DNA of 64,000 bases from Planctomycetota bacterium. GTDB lineage: Bacteria > Planctomycetota > UBA1135 > UBA2386. Positions 1 through 12,014 of the stretch are shown here, piece after piece. Each line of letters begins with the position of its first letter. The first letter of the stretch is position 1. The stretch is taken from positions 7,520,001 through 7,584,000 of the forward strand of contig OZ245006.1 of assembly GCA_965223545.1 (NCBI GenBank), in the 5' to 3' direction. Made by a program: the position numbers and the translations under genes. Below the pieces are notes generated by a model. It was given only the letters and a program-made list of their open reading frames with translations, was not told the origin of the DNA and ran no database searches.

Positions 1-701
1 AAGTGGTGTGCAACCGCATCGAGTCGGAGTTCAAGGTGCCGATCAAGCTGGGCAAGCCCAAGGTCGCCTTCAAGCAGACGATTCGCGAAGGGCGGGACAT
101 CGAGGCGCGGCACATCAAGCAGTCGGGCGGCTCGGGTCAGTACGCGGTCGTGCGGGTTCGCTTCAGCAAGGATGCGGAGGCCGAGCGCGTCGCGTTCACC
201 GACGCGGTCACCGGCGGCTCCGTGCCGAAGGAGTACATCCCGGCGGTCAGCGCCGGCGTGCAGATGGGCGCGGACGGTGGCGGCCGGCTGGGCTACCCGT
301 TCGTCAACATCGCCGCCGAGCTGTACGACGGCAAGGCGCACGAGGTCGACTCCAGCGTGATGGCGTTCGAGGCGGCCGGCCAGCTCGCGTTCCGCCAGCT
401 GATCGACGGCAACGCCGTCTTGCTCGAGCCGATCATGCAGATCGAGGTCGAGAGCCCCGAGTCGTACACCGGCGACGTCATCGGCGATCTGAGCTCCCGG
501 CGCGGCATCATCGAGGAGATGATCACCAAGCCGGACGGGATCGCGTCGGTGCGCGGCCGCGTGCCGCTGTCGGAGATGTTCCAGTACTCGACCAAGCTGC
601 GCTCGATCACCCAGGGGCGCGGCCACTACTCGATGCAGCCGCTCAGCTACGAGATCGTGCCGGAGTCGGTGCGCGAGAAGCTGCTCGAAGAGCAGCTCTG
701 A
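1..701 (+). CDS. fusA: Elongation factor G, C-terminal part (domains IV-V; 5' truncated by window)
   Basis: KQSGGSGQYA, GGSVPKEYIPAV, LYDGKAHEVDSS, LLEPIM, GDVIGDLSSRRG, VPLSEMFQYSTKLRSITQGRG are EF-G motifs. No tuf follows, so it may be a second EF-G copy. Confidence 0.95.
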   Translation, partial: VVCNRIESEFKVPIKLGKPKVAFKQTIREGRDIEARHIKQSGGSGQYAVVRVRFSKDAEAERVAFTDAVTGGSVPKEYIPAVSAGVQMGADGGGRLGYPFVNIAAELYDGKAHEVDSSVMAFEAAGQLAFRQLIDGNAVLLEPIMQIEVESPESYTGDVIGDLSSRRGIIEEMITKPDGIASVRGRVPLSEMFQYSTKLRSITQGRGHYSMQPLSYEIVPESVREKLLEEQL

Positions 702-766
702 CCGCCCTCCGCTGACCGCCGGCACCCCCCGTTGACAGAGGTGGGGGCGTCGCCGACGGTGGCGGC

Positions 767-2488
767 GTGCGTTGCTCCTCTCCTCTGCGGTTCACCGGGG
801 CCGCGTTCGCCGCCGCGGCCGCTGCGGCGGCACCCGGCCTCGTGGCGCAGCCGGTCGTCTCCACCGGTGGCGAGACCATGCGATTGGCGGCGGCCAGCGT
901 CACCGCGAGACCGGGTGGTGGTTGGAACGTCGACCTGACCATGCAGGACGACAACGGCAATGCGTCCCTGCCCACCAGCTGGCGGCGGTGGTGGCACTGC
1001 CAGATCGACGGTCTGCAGGCGGGCGGCGAGACCTTGTTCGTCACGGTGCGCAACGCCGGCTACAGCGATGTCATCCTGCCGGTTTGGTCCACCAGCACCG
1101 ATGGCGCTCAGTTCGGCGCCTACACGCGGTTGCCGCCGAGCGCGGTCCCGGTGGTCTCCGGCAGCACGCATCGCTTCACCGTGACCACGCCCCCCGGGGT
1201 CGTCAGCCTGCGGCTGGCGAAGTACTTTCCATACACGACGGCCGATAAGGCGGCCCTGCTGGCGAGCATCGCCGGGCACCCCTCGGGTAGGGTGCGCGGC
1301 ATCCGCAGCCTGGGCGCGTCGTGGCAGGGGCGCGCCATCGAGCGCGTGCAGCTCACCGATCCGAACGTGCCCGACCCGGGCAAGGTCCGGGTCTGGGTGC
1401 ACGCTGGCGTCCACCCCGCCGAGACCACCAGCTACTTCATGGTCGAGGGGTTGATCGGCTTCCTGCTGTCGTCCGACCCGGCCGCAGCGGACCTGGCCGC
1501 GCAGACGATCTTCGACATCGTGCCGATGGCCAACCCGGACGGCGTCGCGCTCGGCAACTACCGCACCAACAGCAGGAGCGTGGAGATCGAGTCGCAGTGG
1601 GCGAGTCCGTACAACAGCCCCGAGCGCGAGGTGGTGGCCTTGCGCACCGAGATCGAGCAGCTGATGGGCACCGCGGCGAGCCCGGGCACTGCGCCGATCC
1701 AGGTGTTGCTCAACCTGCACAGCACGCACAACATCGCGTTTCCGTTCCACTTTCAGCACAGCGCCAACCCGAGCTGGAACCCGGTGACCAACAACAGCGG
1801 GGTGGTGCCGGCCGTCAACGCGCTGGAGGCGCGGTTCATCGCCGATTTTCGCAATCGCAGCGCCTTCGTCGCCCGCGGCTCGACGCTGTCGAGCAGCTGC
1901 GGGGCGCCGGTGCGTCCGTTCGTCGAGTGCATGATGCACGACCGCTGGAGCGCGACCCAGGCCTGGGCCAGCGCGGGCGGCGCGCCGGTCATGGCGATCA
2001 CCTTCGAGGGCACCTACGGCCGTGGCCCGGACGGGGTGCAGTGGAACACGCCGGACGACTACCGGCGGGTCGGCGCGGAGCTCGCGCGGGCGCTGCACGA
2101 TTACCTGGGCTTGGTGCCGGTCGTCGTGCCGAGCGTGCTGAGCTACGGGCCGCCGTGTGGGGCGTCGCTGGCTGGCACGGCTTCGCCGTCATCGGCAGGG
2201 GCGACGGTGCGGTTGACCACCACCGGGGCGCCGCCGGCCGCGCCGGGCGTCCTCTTGTTCGGCGCGCTGCGCACCGTGCTGCCGTTGCCCGCGCCGTGGT
2301 CGTGCTTCGTGCTGACTCAGCCGTTGGCCGATCTGCCGATCGGCACCGATAGCGCGGGCACTGCGGTCGTGACCTTGCCCTTCCCGCCGGTGCCCGGAGC
2401 CGTGGTCGACGTGCAGGCCGCGATCGCGAACACCGGTGTCGCGCCGATCCAGATCGTCACCAGCAACGGCATCGAAGTGCGCAACTGA
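767..2488 (+). CDS. Secreted M14-family zinc carboxypeptidase-like protein with C-terminal accessory domain
   Basis: Signal-peptide-like N-terminus; LAKYFPYT, HAGVHPAE (HxxE), VPMANPDG, NLHS, TFEG match the M14 motif order. Start codon uncertain. Confidence 0.8.
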   Translation: MRCSSPLRFTGAAFAAAAAAAAPGLVAQPVVSTGGETMRLAAASVTARPGGGWNVDLTMQDDNGNASLPTSWRRWWHCQIDGLQAGGETLFVTVRNAGYSDVILPVWSTSTDGAQFGAYTRLPPSAVPVVSGSTHRFTVTTPPGVVSLRLAKYFPYTTADKAALLASIAGHPSGRVRGIRSLGASWQGRAIERVQLTDPNVPDPGKVRVWVHAGVHPAETTSYFMVEGLIGFLLSSDPAAADLAAQTIFDIVPMANPDGVALGNYRTNSRSVEIESQWASPYNSPEREVVALRTEIEQLMGTAASPGTAPIQVLLNLHSTHNIAFPFHFQHSANPSWNPVTNNSGVVPAVNALEARFIADFRNRSAFVARGSTLSSSCGAPVRPFVECMMHDRWSATQAWASAGGAPVMAITFEGTYGRGPDGVQWNTPDDYRRVGAELARALHDYLGLVPVVVPSVLSYGPPCGASLAGTASPSSAGATVRLTTTGAPPAAPGVLLFGALRTVLPLPAPWSCFVLTQPLADLPIGTDSAGTAVVTLPFPPVPGAVVDVQAAIANTGVAPIQIVTSNGIEVRN

Positions 2489-2491
2489 TCA

Positions 2492-3601
2492 TCACAGACA
2501 GTCGCGCAACGCCGCGAGCACCCGCCGTACCGAGCACGAGGTGGCGCCGTGTCCCATCAGCCCGATGCGCCATACCGCGCCGGCCAGCGGTCCGAGCCCG
2601 CCACCGATCTCGATTTGGTGCTCGGCGCGCAAGCGCCGGCGCACCGCGGCCTCGTCGACCCCGTCGGGCACGCGCACCGAGGTCAGCATCGGTGTGCGTA
2701 GCGGCGCATCGACCAGACAGGACAGGCCGAGCGCGGCGAGGCCTTCGTACAGCTCGGTGGCCACCGCGCGGTGGCGCGCGGCGCGAGCGCCGACGCCCTC
2801 TTCGAGCGCCAGGTCCAGACTCGCCGCCAGGCCGTAGATCTGGTTGATCGGCGCGGTGTGGTGGTAGACCCGCTCGCCGCCCCAGTAGCCCCCGAGCAAG
2901 TTGACGTCGAGATACCAAGACGGTGGCGCCGCCTTGCGCTGGCGGGCGCGCTGAATCGCGCGCTGCGAGAAGGTGACCGGCGACAGGCCCGGAGGGGCCG
3001 ACAGGCACTTCTGCGTGCCGGCGTAGGCCGCGTCGACTCCCCACGCGTCGATGTCGAGCTCGACGCCGCCGAGGCTGGTGACGCAGTCGAGCACCAGCAG
3101 GGCGCCGGCCTCGCGTGCCGCCGCGGCGATCTCGTCCATGGGCTGCAGCACGCCGGTCGAGGTTTCCGCATGGACCACGCCGACCAGCGCGGTCTCGCCG
3201 GCGGCGATGGCGTCGCGCATGGCGGTGGGGTCGAGTGCGGTGCCGAACTCGGCGGCGACCTCGACGACGTCGCCACCTTGCCGGCGGGCGAGCTCCGCCA
3301 TGCGCCCGCCGAAGGCGCCGTGCACACCGATGACGACGCGGTCACCCGGCTCCACCAGGTTGACGAAGCAGGTCTCCATGCCGGCACTGCCGGTGCCGGA
3401 GATCGGCAGGGTGAACGGATTGTCGGTGCCGAACAGCGCGCGCAGATCGGCCTGCACCCGGTCCATCAATGCGAGGAACTCGGGATCCAAGTGGCCCAGG
3501 GTCGGTGCCGCCATCGCGGCCCGCACGCGGTGCGGCACGGGTGACGGGCCGGGGCCCAGAAGGAGGACTTCGCTGGGGGCAAACGGGGTGCGCACGGGCA
3601 A
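2492..3601 (-). CDS. Class V PLP aminotransferase (alanine/serine-glyoxylate aminotransferase family)
   Basis: LLLGPGPS, SGTGSAGME, VHAETSTGVLQP, DCVTSLGG, GTQKCLSAPPG (PLP lysine), YHHTAP, WRIGLMG. Confidence 0.92.
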   Translation of the reverse strand: MPVRTPFAPSEVLLLGPGPSPVPHRVRAAMAAPTLGHLDPEFLALMDRVQADLRALFGTDNPFTLPISGTGSAGMETCFVNLVEPGDRVVIGVHGAFGGRMAELARRQGGDVVEVAAEFGTALDPTAMRDAIAAGETALVGVVHAETSTGVLQPMDEIAAAAREAGALLVLDCVTSLGGVELDIDAWGVDAAYAGTQKCLSAPPGLSPVTFSQRAIQRARQRKAAPPSWYLDVNLLGGYWGGERVYHHTAPINQIYGLAASLDLALEEGVGARAARHRAVATELYEGLAALGLSCLVDAPLRTPMLTSVRVPDGVDEAAVRRRLRAEHQIEIGGGLGPLAGAVWRIGLMGHGATSCSVRRVLAALRDCL

Positions 3602-3643
3602 GACCGTAGCCCACGCGCTGGCGCTGGGCGAGAGACGTCGGCG

Positions 3644-4447
3644 TCAGCGCATGCGGTGCAAGGCGTCGGCGACGCGGCGCTGCAGCGCCTTGGGGGCGAG
3701 CACCAGGAGGTAGCCGCTCTCGGTGGCGTCGATGCGCGCGCCGTCCTCGGACCAAACTTCGGGGCCGGTGATCGTGCGCACCAGCTCGACGAGGACGTCC
3801 GGCTCGTAGGCGGCGGCGGACTCGCGCTCGCCACCGGCGCGCGGTACTCCGTCGTCGCTCGGCAGGCCCTGGATCACCGGTGGCAGGAACTCGGTGCGGG
3901 CGAACAGCAGGTCGCGCACGTCGTGGCTCTGCAACACCGCGTCGCGGCGGCCCTCGGCCGCGGTCTCGATCGAGACCGCGCCGTGCCGCACGCGCCAGCG
4001 CAGTCCGTCCACTCGGGCGGTGATCAGATCGAGAAAGTCCGCGGCCGTCACCCCGGCGCGCAGATCGACGTCCAACGCGGCGCCGGTGTCGGCGATCAGC
4101 GCGCGCGCGGCAGGGGATTGCACCATCGGCAGGTCGGCGGCGGTCGACAGCCACTGCAACACGGCATCGAGACCGGCGGTGTCGGCGGTGAACGATGCCG
4201 CTGGCAAGCGCGTGGTGTGCAAGCGGGCGCCGAGTGCGGGCGCTCGCGCGGGAAGCGGGGTGTGGCGCTCTTCGGCCGGGCGGGCCAACCTGTTGTCCGG
4301 CGCGGTCGGCTGCGCGGTGCGCGTCTCCACCGGAGTCCCGCGCTGCGGTGTCGGTGGGGTCGTGCAAGCGATCGCCATGGTCGCAACGACGGCGAGCGTC
4401 GCAGGACCGCGCGACGCGGAGAAGGCGTTGGTCGGCAGCACCATCAC
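3644..4447 (-). CDS. Putative lipoprotein with secretin N-domain-like (STN/N3-like) modules
   Basis: Lipobox-like MAIAC. Segments LDAVLQWLS...FLDLI...WRVRHGAVSI, HDVRDL and LVELVRTITGPEVW...GYLLVLAP resemble secretin periplasmic N-domains. No barrel domain. Confidence 0.5.
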   Translation of the reverse strand: MMVLPTNAFSASRGPATLAVVATMAIACTTPPTPQRGTPVETRTAQPTAPDNRLARPAEERHTPLPARAPALGARLHTTRLPAASFTADTAGLDAVLQWLSTAADLPMVQSPAARALIADTGAALDVDLRAGVTAADFLDLITARVDGLRWRVRHGAVSIETAAEGRRDAVLQSHDVRDLLFARTEFLPPVIQGLPSDDGVPRAGGERESAAAYEPDVLVELVRTITGPEVWSEDGARIDATESGYLLVLAPKALQRRVADALHRMR

Positions 4448-4498
4448 CTCACTCTACCGGCGGCGCCCAGCGCGGACGCCGGGTGGATTGCCAGGGCG

Positions 4499-6649
4499 TC
4501 AGCGGCCGGCAGGCGTGGTGAGGAACACACCGGGATCGGAGTCGGTGGCGTAACGCGACATCACCGCGCGATCGCCCGACGCCGGGTGCACCACCACGGC
4601 TCCGTGCAGAGCGGCGTCATAGACCACCAGCTGACCGGTCCGCGGATCGGCCGCGAGCGCGGTGGGTTCCTCGAGCAACGGCCCCGTTCCGCTCCCCTGC
4701 GTTGCCCACAGGCGCCGGTGCCCGCCGCGGGAGTCGATGTCGACGATGGCGGCGTGGCCGGCGTCGGCGACGAAGATGCTGCCGGCCGCGGTCACCGCGA
4801 TGGCCCGGGCGTCGAGGAAGATCGAGCCCGTGCCAACGACGGCGCCCATGGCGGGTTCGCCGCTGATCGCGGCCACTGCGCCGCTGCCGAGGTCCACCGC
4901 GATGACGGCCTTCGGCTCCAACACCAGCAGCTGGCCGCGCGTGTCGTCGAAGGCGAGGTCGAAGCCCTGCGGGCCGATGGTCGCCAGCCGGCGCGCCGTG
5001 CCGCTGGCGCGCTCGACGAGCAGGACGTCGAGGCTGCGGGGGACGTCGCGTTCTGCCAGGAGCGCGAGCCAGAGGCCCTGGCGGTCGATGGCAACCGCCC
5101 GCAACCGGCGTCCACCGGTCGCCAAGGGCACGATCCTGCGGCTGGCTTGCCGCGTGTCGATGGCGATCACCTCGTCGTCGCGCAACGCCAGAATCGCGCC
5201 GGTGGCCGGGTCGTACAGCAGTTCGACCGGCGCGCCGAGGGCAGCGCCACCGAACGTAGTGCCATCATCGACGATGCGGCGGTCGCCGGTGCCACGTGCG
5301 ATCGCGAGGATTGCGTGTGTCCCGCTGCCGGCGGCCGGGCGCCGTACCACCAGAGCCTCGGTCGGCGTGACGGCGAGCGAGGGCGTGATGCGGTCCAAGG
5401 GTGGTCCGCCGCCGAGCGGTGGCTGAGGGGAGACGAGGCGCTGCTGCGTGCCGTCGAGTCGCATCTCCATCAGCGCGTGGAGGTCGTCGTACGTCAGCCA
5501 AACGCGGTCAGGGCCGGCGATCGAGAGGCCTGTCGCAGGGGTCGGGGCGCTGGCGAAGAGCGGCTGCGTGCTGGAGTGCACGCGCCAAGTGCCGTTCGCG
5601 AGACTGATCTCAGCGAGGTCGCCGTCGGTCGCGAGCGCCAGAGCGCGGCCGCCGTCCAGTCGCATCGCGGCGACCTCCGCGGTCAGGTTGCTCAGGTTGG
5701 CGGCGATCTGCCAGGCCCCGGTGTTGCGGTTGATCCAGCCCAGCACCGGGCCGCCACCCGGATAGAGCGATCCGGCGACGAGGATGCGGCCAGGAAAGCG
5801 CACCTCGACGGCCACCGCTGCCAACGACGTGAGCCATGGCACGGTGGGCGGCGGCAGTGGGCCGCCGGCCAGCAACCGTCGGCGGCCGGTGAGGATGTCC
5901 ACCTCGACGACCACCGGCAGCTCGCGCGGACCGAAGACCGATGGCTGGACGATGGTGCCGCCCACCACAAGTCGGTTCAGCCAACCCATCAGGGCGACGT
6001 CGATGGTGCGGTGCCAATCGGTGGTGGCGGCCGCTGGGCCCGGCGCCGACAGGAGCCGGGTGTCGCCACTGCGCAAGTCCACCGTGTACACCTCGTTGGC
6101 GCCCGCGATGAAGGCGCGGTCCCCGTCGAGCGCGATCGCTTGCCCCTTGATCACCGCTCCGGCGGCCGACTGCAGCGCGATCGAGCGGCGGTTGCCGGTG
6201 GTGGTGTCGATGTCGATCAGGCGCGACCAGAGCGAGTCGAGTACGACGGCGCGGCGGGCGTCGGAATCGATGGCGACTGGCTCGCGCAGCAGTGGGCTGC
6301 GGCGCACCTGCAACGGCGGCCCGGGCAGTGCGAACCTGCGGCCGTCGATCTCGAACTCGATCGCCATCGCGTTGTCGCCGGGCTGCAGCGGCACGTCGAT
6401 CGACCAGTCGGCGAAGCCGTTCTGCGTCGAGGCCCGGCGGCCATCGACGAGCACGGCGTCGATCCGCGCCAGGTGGGTGGTGCCGCGCAGCGTGATGCGC
6501 GATGCGTCGGTCAGCGCCGCCCGTCCCGGGAAGGTGACCTCGACGGCGGGTGTGGTCGTGCCGGGCGCGCTGCCGGCTCCGCCGCACGCGAAGGGGACTG
6601 CGACGAGCAGTGCCAAGGCCGAGAGGGCGAGTCGTCGGCGAACGAGCAT
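4499..6649 (-). CDS. Putative lipoprotein with Ig-like N-terminal domain and beta-propeller repeats
   Basis: ATG at 6649 gives MLVRRR...VPFAC (lipobox). Ig-like segment ITLRGT...VLVDG...WSIDVPLQPGDNA. Repeated P.A/D(I/L)A.D...V.D......ID..TG.R blades. Confidence 0.65.
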   Translation of the reverse strand: MLVRRRLALSALALLVAVPFACGGAGSAPGTTTPAVEVTFPGRAALTDASRITLRGTTHLARIDAVLVDGRRASTQNGFADWSIDVPLQPGDNAMAIEFEIDGRRFALPGPPLQVRRSPLLREPVAIDSDARRAVVLDSLWSRLIDIDTTTGNRRSIALQSAAGAVIKGQAIALDGDRAFIAGANEVYTVDLRSGDTRLLSAPGPAAATTDWHRTIDVALMGWLNRLVVGGTIVQPSVFGPRELPVVVEVDILTGRRRLLAGGPLPPPTVPWLTSLAAVAVEVRFPGRILVAGSLYPGGGPVLGWINRNTGAWQIAANLSNLTAEVAAMRLDGGRALALATDGDLAEISLANGTWRVHSSTQPLFASAPTPATGLSIAGPDRVWLTYDDLHALMEMRLDGTQQRLVSPQPPLGGGPPLDRITPSLAVTPTEALVVRRPAAGSGTHAILAIARGTGDRRIVDDGTTFGGAALGAPVELLYDPATGAILALRDDEVIAIDTRQASRRIVPLATGGRRLRAVAIDRQGLWLALLAERDVPRSLDVLLVERASGTARRLATIGPQGFDLAFDDTRGQLLVLEPKAVIAVDLGSGAVAAISGEPAMGAVVGTGSIFLDARAIAVTAAGSIFVADAGHAAIVDIDSRGGHRRLWATQGSGTGPLLEEPTALAADPRTGQLVVYDAALHGAVVVHPASGDRAVMSRYATDSDPGVFLTTPAGR

Positions 6650-6665
6650 TGGGTAGCCTCGAGCG

Positions 6666-8285
<1,620 letters not shown>

Positions 8286-8413
8286 GGCACGGGAAGGGTA
8301 GCCGGTGGCGTCGTGGGCGCACCAGGCTGCGGCGGGTCGGGCGCCCCGTACGTGCGAGCGGGCGCGGCGTTGCACGCCGCGCCCGCTCGCCGGGCAGCAG
8401 TCGAGTCTGCGCG

Positions 8414-8803
8414 TCAGGCGCCGATCAGGCCCTTGAGCTGGTCGATCACCGCCTTGAGCGGGCCGGCCAGGTTCTCGTTGGCAGTGATCCTCGAGATCTG
8501 CTCGGTGATCGCACTGAAGTCGAACTTGCCCGACACCGCACTCATCGCGGCCTCGGCGGCGCCCTTCGCCTTCTCGGCGAGGTCGCCACCGCTCGGCAGG
8601 GCTTCCTTGAGCTTGGTGACCAGGTCGCCGAGCTTGCCGGCGGCGGACTGCGCGGTCTCCGGCGTGGTGACGCCCTTCAGGGCTTCGGTGATCTGCTCGG
8701 CGATGCCGGCCACTTGGTTGCCCGCGGAGCCGGCTTCGGCGGTGCAGGAAGGCATGGCGAAAACGAGCGCGAGTGCGATGACAGGGGCGATCCAGAGCTT
8801 CAT
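8414..8803 (-). CDS. Small alanine/lysine-rich helical lipoprotein
   Basis: GGAGA SD-like sequence upstream of ATG 8803; MKLWIAPVIALALVFAMPSC lipobox; amphipathic helical mature part. Confidence 0.7.
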   Translation of the reverse strand: MKLWIAPVIALALVFAMPSCTAEAGSAGNQVAGIAEQITEALKGVTTPETAQSAAGKLGDLVTKLKEALPSGGDLAEKAKGAAEAAMSAVSGKFDFSAITEQISRITANENLAGPLKAVIDQLKGLIGA

Positions 8804-9145
8804 GTTTGGGTTCTCCAGCAAAACGAGGGGTGGGTTCGAGGCCGTCTCGGGGCGGAGAATCTTAGCCCGCCTCGGCCCGGCGGCCAGAGATGGCCGGCAA
8901 ATGGCTGACTGAAGCGGGCGGCCGGGTATATTCAACCGGATCCCCTTCGCCGACGGAGGCCGCGCGCAGCCCCGGCCTCAGGTCCGCGTGACCGGGGCCG
9001 TCCACCCAGGCGCGACTGCCTTCGACCAAGGCGTCCACCATGCAGCCAGTTGTCGCGGCACGGCGAGCGTTTGCTCCCAGTCGCGAGCGCAGGCTGCCGG
9101 TGCATCTTCATTGCTCTCCCGAGAAACGAACCAAGCGAACTGTCC

Positions 9146-10858
9146 ATGTCTCAACTCATTGCTCCCCACGGTGGCACGCTGTGCGACCTGACCGTCGACG
9201 ACGCCCGTAGTGCGGCCCTCAAGGAGGCCTCGCGCGAGTGGCCATCCTGGGACCTGACCCCGCGGCAAATGTGTGATCTCGAGCTCCTGCTCAACGGCGG
9301 ATTCTCGCCGTTGCGCGGCTTCATGGGGCGCGAGGACTACGAGGGGGTGTGCGAGAAGATGCGGTTGGCGGATGGCACGTTGTGGCCGATGCCGGTGACC
9401 CTGGACCTGCCGGAGGAGTTGGCCGCGAAGCTCGAGAGTGGCAGCAAGCTGGCGCTGCGTGATCCCGAGGGCGTGATGCTCGCGGCGATGACCGTCGGCG
9501 ACGTCTGGAAGCCGGACCTCGAGGCAGAAGCACAACGGGTGTTCGGTACCACCGACGAGCTGCATCCGGCGGTCGCCCACCTGATGCGCAACACCAACCC
9601 GTGCTACGTCGGCGGCACGCTCGAGGGCCTGCAGCTGCCGACGCACTACGACTTCAAGGCGCTGCGCCGTTCGCCCGCCGAGCTGCGGCGCGACTTCGAG
9701 CGCCAGGGCTGGACCAAGGTGGTCGCGTTCCAGACGCGCAATCCGATGCACCGCGCGCACTTCGAGCTGACGTTGCGCGCCAGCAAGGAGATCGAGGCCA
9801 ACCTGCTGATCCAGCCGGTCGTCGGCTTGACCAAGCCGGGCGACGTCGACCACTACACCCGCGTGCACTGCTACAAGGCGTTGTTGCCGCGCTACCCGCA
9901 GATGACCGTCAAGCTGTCGCTGCTCAACCTGGCGATGCGCATGGGCGGGCCGCGCGAGGCGGTGTGGCACGCCATCATCCGCAAGAACTACGGCTGCACG
10001 CACCTGATCGTCGGCCGCGACCACGCCGGTCCCGGCAACGACAGCAAGGGCGAGCCGTTCTACGGCCCGTACGACGCGCAGGACCTCATGCGCGAGCACC
10101 AGGAGGAGATCGGCGTCCAGATGGTGCCGTTCAAGCTCATGGTCTACGTCGAGGAGCAGGACACCTACTTCCCGGCGGACGAGGTGCCCGAGGAGGCCCG
10201 CGTGCTGAACATCTCCGGCACCGAGCTCCGCAAGCGTTTGGCGGAGGGCAAGACCATTCCGGAGTGGTTCACCTACCCCGAGGTCGCGACGGCGCTGCAG
10301 CAGTCCCACCGGCCGCGGCACCGCCAGGGCTTCACGGTCTTCATGACCGGGCTCTCCGGCTCCGGCAAGTCGACCATCGCCAACGCACTGCTGGTCAAGT
10401 TCTGCGAGATGGGCGGTCGTCCGGTGACCCTGCTCGACGGCGACATCGTGCGCAAGAACCTGTCGTCGGAGCTCGGCTTCTCGCGCGAGCACCGCGACAT
10501 CAACATCCGCCGCATCGGCTACGTGGCGTCGGAGATCACCAAGAACGGTGGCATCGCCATCTGCGCGCCGATCGCCCCGTACGACAACGTGCGGCGCCAG
10601 GTCCGCGAGATGATCAGTCCGCTCGGCGGCTACATCCTGGTGCACATCGCCACACCGATCGAGGAGTGCGAGAAGCGCGACCGCAAGGGCCTCTACGCCA
10701 AGGCGCGCGCCGGCATCATCAAGGAGTTCACCGGCATCTCCGATCCTTACGAGGAGCCGGAGGACGCCGACGTCGTGATCCAGACCACCGAGCTCTCGCC
10801 GGAGCAGGCCGCGCAGCAGATCATTCTGCACCTGGAGAGCGAGGGCTACATCAGCTGA
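9146..10858 (+). CDS. sat: Bifunctional sulfate adenylyltransferase / adenylylsulfate kinase (Sat-CysC fusion)
   Basis: LIAPHGG, CDLELLLNGGFSPL, FQTRNPMHRAH, HLIVGRDHAGPG, ISGTELR, then APS-kinase motifs TGLSGSGKST, LDGDIVR, RDRKGLY, FTGISDPYE. Confidence 0.96.
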   Translation: MSQLIAPHGGTLCDLTVDDARSAALKEASREWPSWDLTPRQMCDLELLLNGGFSPLRGFMGREDYEGVCEKMRLADGTLWPMPVTLDLPEELAAKLESGSKLALRDPEGVMLAAMTVGDVWKPDLEAEAQRVFGTTDELHPAVAHLMRNTNPCYVGGTLEGLQLPTHYDFKALRRSPAELRRDFERQGWTKVVAFQTRNPMHRAHFELTLRASKEIEANLLIQPVVGLTKPGDVDHYTRVHCYKALLPRYPQMTVKLSLLNLAMRMGGPREAVWHAIIRKNYGCTHLIVGRDHAGPGNDSKGEPFYGPYDAQDLMREHQEEIGVQMVPFKLMVYVEEQDTYFPADEVPEEARVLNISGTELRKRLAEGKTIPEWFTYPEVATALQQSHRPRHRQGFTVFMTGLSGSGKSTIANALLVKFCEMGGRPVTLLDGDIVRKNLSSELGFSREHRDINIRRIGYVASEITKNGGIAICAPIAPYDNVRRQVREMISPLGGYILVHIATPIEECEKRDRKGLYAKARAGIIKEFTGISDPYEEPEDADVVIQTTELSPEQAAQQIILHLESEGYIS

Positions 10859-10870
10859 GCGGAGAGCGCG

Positions 10871-10897
10871 GCCCCGTTCGGCCAGTGCGAACGGGGC
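10871..10897 (+). terminator. GC-rich hairpin after sat-cysC (possible terminator/stabiliser)
   Basis: GCCCCGTTCG / CGAACGGGGC 10-bp perfect stem just after the stop codon; no clear U-tract. Confidence 0.4.
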
Positions 10898-10946
10898 TGT
10901 CGCCAGGGGCTCGGCGGCCGCGATCACGGCGCTATCGTGTGGTGTC

Positions 10947-11456
10947 GTGAACGCTCTTTTTCGCGCGACGATCGGTCTGCTGGTGCTCCTGTGCGGGGCG
11001 GCGTGCGGAACCCCGGTGGAGTACTTCGCGGTGCGCACGCACGCCGCGGGCAACGACGCCTCGGCGCAGCCGTTGGCCGAGACGTGGCTGGCCCGCAGCT
11101 GGCATCCGACCCGCGGCGCGACCATCAGCGAGGTCGTGCACCGGCCGGCGGGGAGACCGGCGGAGCGGCACGCCTGCGTGAGCAGCGCGTCGGGGGGGCG
11201 GTTCGAGTTCCGCAGCGACTCCGGTCTGTACCAGGGCGTCGGCGAGCTAGATCCGGCAGGGGCGACGGCGCGGACGCGCACCGAGCTGCGTGACGGCGGC
11301 CACACCTGGGCGCGAACGACCTTTCGCGCGGATGGCTGGGCCTCCGAGGTCGAGGTGTTCGATCGGGCCGGAGTGCGGCGGAAGGTGCTGCGGCAGAGTG
11401 CCCGGCGCATCACCGCGGACGAGTTTGCCGCGGCGGCGTCGCGCGTGCAAAACTGA
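10947..11456 (+). CDS. Hypothetical lipoprotein
   Basis: Hydrophobic leader ending LCGAAC; beta-rich mature part; fills the gap between sat-cysC and a convergent gene. Confidence 0.55.
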   Translation: MNALFRATIGLLVLLCGAACGTPVEYFAVRTHAAGNDASAQPLAETWLARSWHPTRGATISEVVHRPAGRPAERHACVSSASGGRFEFRSDSGLYQGVGELDPAGATARTRTELRDGGHTWARTTFRADGWASEVEVFDRAGVRRKVLRQSARRITADEFAAAASRVQN

Positions 11457-11464
11457 CGGATCTG

Positions 11465-11953
11465 TCAGCTGCCCCCGACGCGGTGGCGCCGCTTGGGGTG
11501 CGCCTGGAGCTCCGCCTGCAAACGGTCGACCAGCGCGCGTTCACCGTCCGTCTCCGTGTCGGAGGGCGCAAGCCGCAGCACGCCGCCCGCGGCCTCGTCG
11601 TCGAAGAAGCGCTGGCCGGGGCGGCACGGGCACAGCACGGTGCCGTCGGCCCCGGGCCGCAGATCTTCGCTGCGGGCCTCGATCCACATACCGGTGGTCA
11701 CCAAGGCGTCGCGCGAGGACCAGCGTTCGGTCGGCCTGGGGATGACGCCGCGGTCGGCGTCCAGCAAGTAGGTCGGGGTGACGTCGTAGAAGCGGCACAG
11801 CTCCACCATCAAGGCGGCGGAGGGCAGTGAAGTGCCGCGTTCGACGTGCGACAGGGTGGCCTGGCGAATGCCGAGCGCGTCGGCGACCGCTTGTTGGCTC
11901 AACCGCCGCTCGCGGGTGCGCAGATAGAAGATCTTCAAGCCGAGATTCACCAC
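11465..11953 (-). CDS. XRE/Cro-C1 family helix-turn-helix regulator
   Basis: VNLGLKIFYLRTRERRLSQQAVADALGIRQATLSHVERGTSLPS...LCRFYDVTPTYLL; GTG start at 11953 or 11950 inside the longer ORF. Confidence 0.85.
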   Translation of the reverse strand: MVNLGLKIFYLRTRERRLSQQAVADALGIRQATLSHVERGTSLPSAALMVELCRFYDVTPTYLLDADRGVIPRPTERWSSRDALVTTGMWIEARSEDLRPGADGTVLCPCRPGQRFFDDEAAGGVLRLAPSDTETDGERALVDRLQAELQAHPKRRHRVGGS

Positions 11954-12014
11954 GGCGCGACCTCGCGAGTGACGGTGTCGGCAGGTGGGGGCTGGCGCTG
12001 GGGCATGGCGGGCG

